DNA of 64,000 nucleotides. Source: Chrysemys picta bellii (taxonomy: Eukaryota). Shown in pieces: positions 62,292 to 64,000 of this stretch (position 1 is its first letter; each line of letters starts with the position of its first letter). The DNA is taken from NCBI RefSeq assembly GCF_011386835.1, contig NC_088792.1, positions 243,102,001-243,166,000 of the forward strand, read 5' to 3'. Under the pieces are notes generated by a model. The model saw only the letters and a program-made list of their open reading frames with translations, searched no databases and was not told where the DNA came from. Both the position numbers and the translations under genes were made by a program.

Positions 62292-62518
62292 CACCTCTAC
62301 CCCGATATAGGCCGCTGTGGGGAGCCCGGGCCCTTTAAATCGCCGTCGAGCCCTGCTGCTGCAGCCCCGGGGTAGCAGCAGCAGGGCTCCAGCAGTGATT
62401 TAAAGGGCCCGTAGCAGCCGGAGCCCCGGACCTTTTAAAGCGCTGCTGGAGCCCCGCTGCTACCGCGTTATACGCGAACCTGTGTTATATTGGGTCCCGT
62501 TATAGTAGGGTAGAGGTG
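62292..62518. mobile_element. Tc1/mariner (Tigger/pogo-like) MITE with GC-rich palindromic core
   Basis: Same TIR type as 37378 (cacctctaccccgatata / tatagtagggtagaggtg); TA TSD. Confidence 0.9.
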
Positions 62519-62629
62519 TAATTAGCAAAACTGTATGATTTTCATGTGTGAAAGTCTGAGCAATTTAAAATGACGTTCTACTTTTTTGCTTTTTGGTGTT
62601 CTGTAATTTAAATTAAAATGCAGAATTAT

Positions 62630-62844
62630 AACTGGAATACAGAGTTTTAGTTATCAAGTGTTTGTAACTGAGCTTTCATGTGTTTAGGAAATGCTGAATA
62701 GTTATTGTGACTTTTTTCTGTATTGTAGGTTAAATAAATTATCAAAACAATTGAAACTGGTGCGATTATATTGTATTATTTTCACAAAATATGCAGCATT
62801 TTGCAGAATTTTTAATTTTTTGGCGCAAAATCCCCCCAGGAGTA
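62630..62844 (-). mobile_element. Terminal fragment of a DNA transposon (TACTCCTGGGGG end)
   Basis: Reverse complement tactcctggggggattttgcgccaaaaaattaaaaattctgcaaaatgc with repeated AATTCTGC motifs. Other end not found. Confidence 0.45.
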
Positions 62845-63036
62845 GAGGGTAAAAAGAATTCATGTAAGATAGGACATAATGTGGCAGACAAGCCTTTTCT
62901 GAGTGGGCAAATTTGACCCTTAGCCTTTAGAGTAAGGACTAGGATTGGATAACCCATTTGTTCACTAGCAGACATTTTTTTTTGCTTGTCTGAAAATTTA
63001 ATCAGAAGGCAACATTTTCGTGTTGTTTTTGTTTAA

Positions 63037-63153
<117 letters not shown>

Positions 63154-63724
63154 TAATGAGAGTTTATATACTACTTTGAATGTTTTACTTACATTAGTAC
63201 TAAAAAGTATTTTTATTACATTTTGATATTGCATGAAAAAAATATAATTATACAACTGGTATTTTTTTGAAGCAGAAGTTCATTAAAGCAATACCACACA
63301 TGTATTGCAATACCCTCCTTCCCCAAAACAAAATAAAACAGCATAAATCTTTACCAGATAATGATCAGGATCATCATAGCTACTTTTATGTGAATGTTGG
63401 TGGCACATCTATTGCCTGTGCTGATCTTTTGCTGCTACTAATGTTGAATTATTTATCCTTTTATTTAATGTTTAAATTTAAAGAGTGCTTATTTTATGAC
63501 CTTTTTGGTCTAGCTGTGCAGAAGAATAGTTGAGACTGTTTCCCTTGGAAGGCTAACAGTTGTTTCTAGAAATTTACATAAAGTCTCAGAAACAGAACAC
63601 CAGTGTGTTATACCACAGAAATTAAAACTTCTGCCTATCCTCTCTGTTGGAACTGAAACATTGGCTAAGAATTTAGTGTCCACAGAAAAATAGTTTTTTG
63701 TACTTTTTACTGAAAATTATATAG

Positions 63725-63946
<222 letters not shown>

Positions 63947-64000
63947 TGAAATGTTAGGAAATATTTTTTCAGATATGTTTAACTTTACCTTTCCCAGGGG

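Overview
Vertebrate genomic DNA, inferred to be turtle from its repeat complement (tRNA-derived SINE with a CR1 tail, CR1 LINEs, DIRS, Penelope, Harbinger and hAT families). The only host gene I can support is WWP1, a NEDD4-family C2-WW-HECT E3 ubiquitin ligase, on the + strand. Nine coding exons run from the ATG at 23786 to 63928. All have AG/GT boundaries and join in frame (1332 nt, 444 codons: C2 domain, S/T-rich linker, WW1, WW2); the gene continues beyond the window. No promoter was found. The rest is non-coding DNA (upstream/intronic) densely filled with mostly dead, often nested transposable elements, which explain the recognisable long ORFs in the track. There are no rRNA, true tRNA, CRISPR or prokaryotic features. 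The most interesting signals are: (1) five Penelope-derived loci, four still showing minimal type I hammerhead ribozyme motifs, two of them with intact or near-intact cores on the WWP1 sense strand; (2) two locally templated insertions, one bracketed by a 65-bp inverted duplication; (3) one DIRS family found twice inside other DIRS elements, once as a ~120-bp terminal-repeat-only element. Element family names come from motif recognition by eye, not database searches, and boundaries of old elements are approximate.
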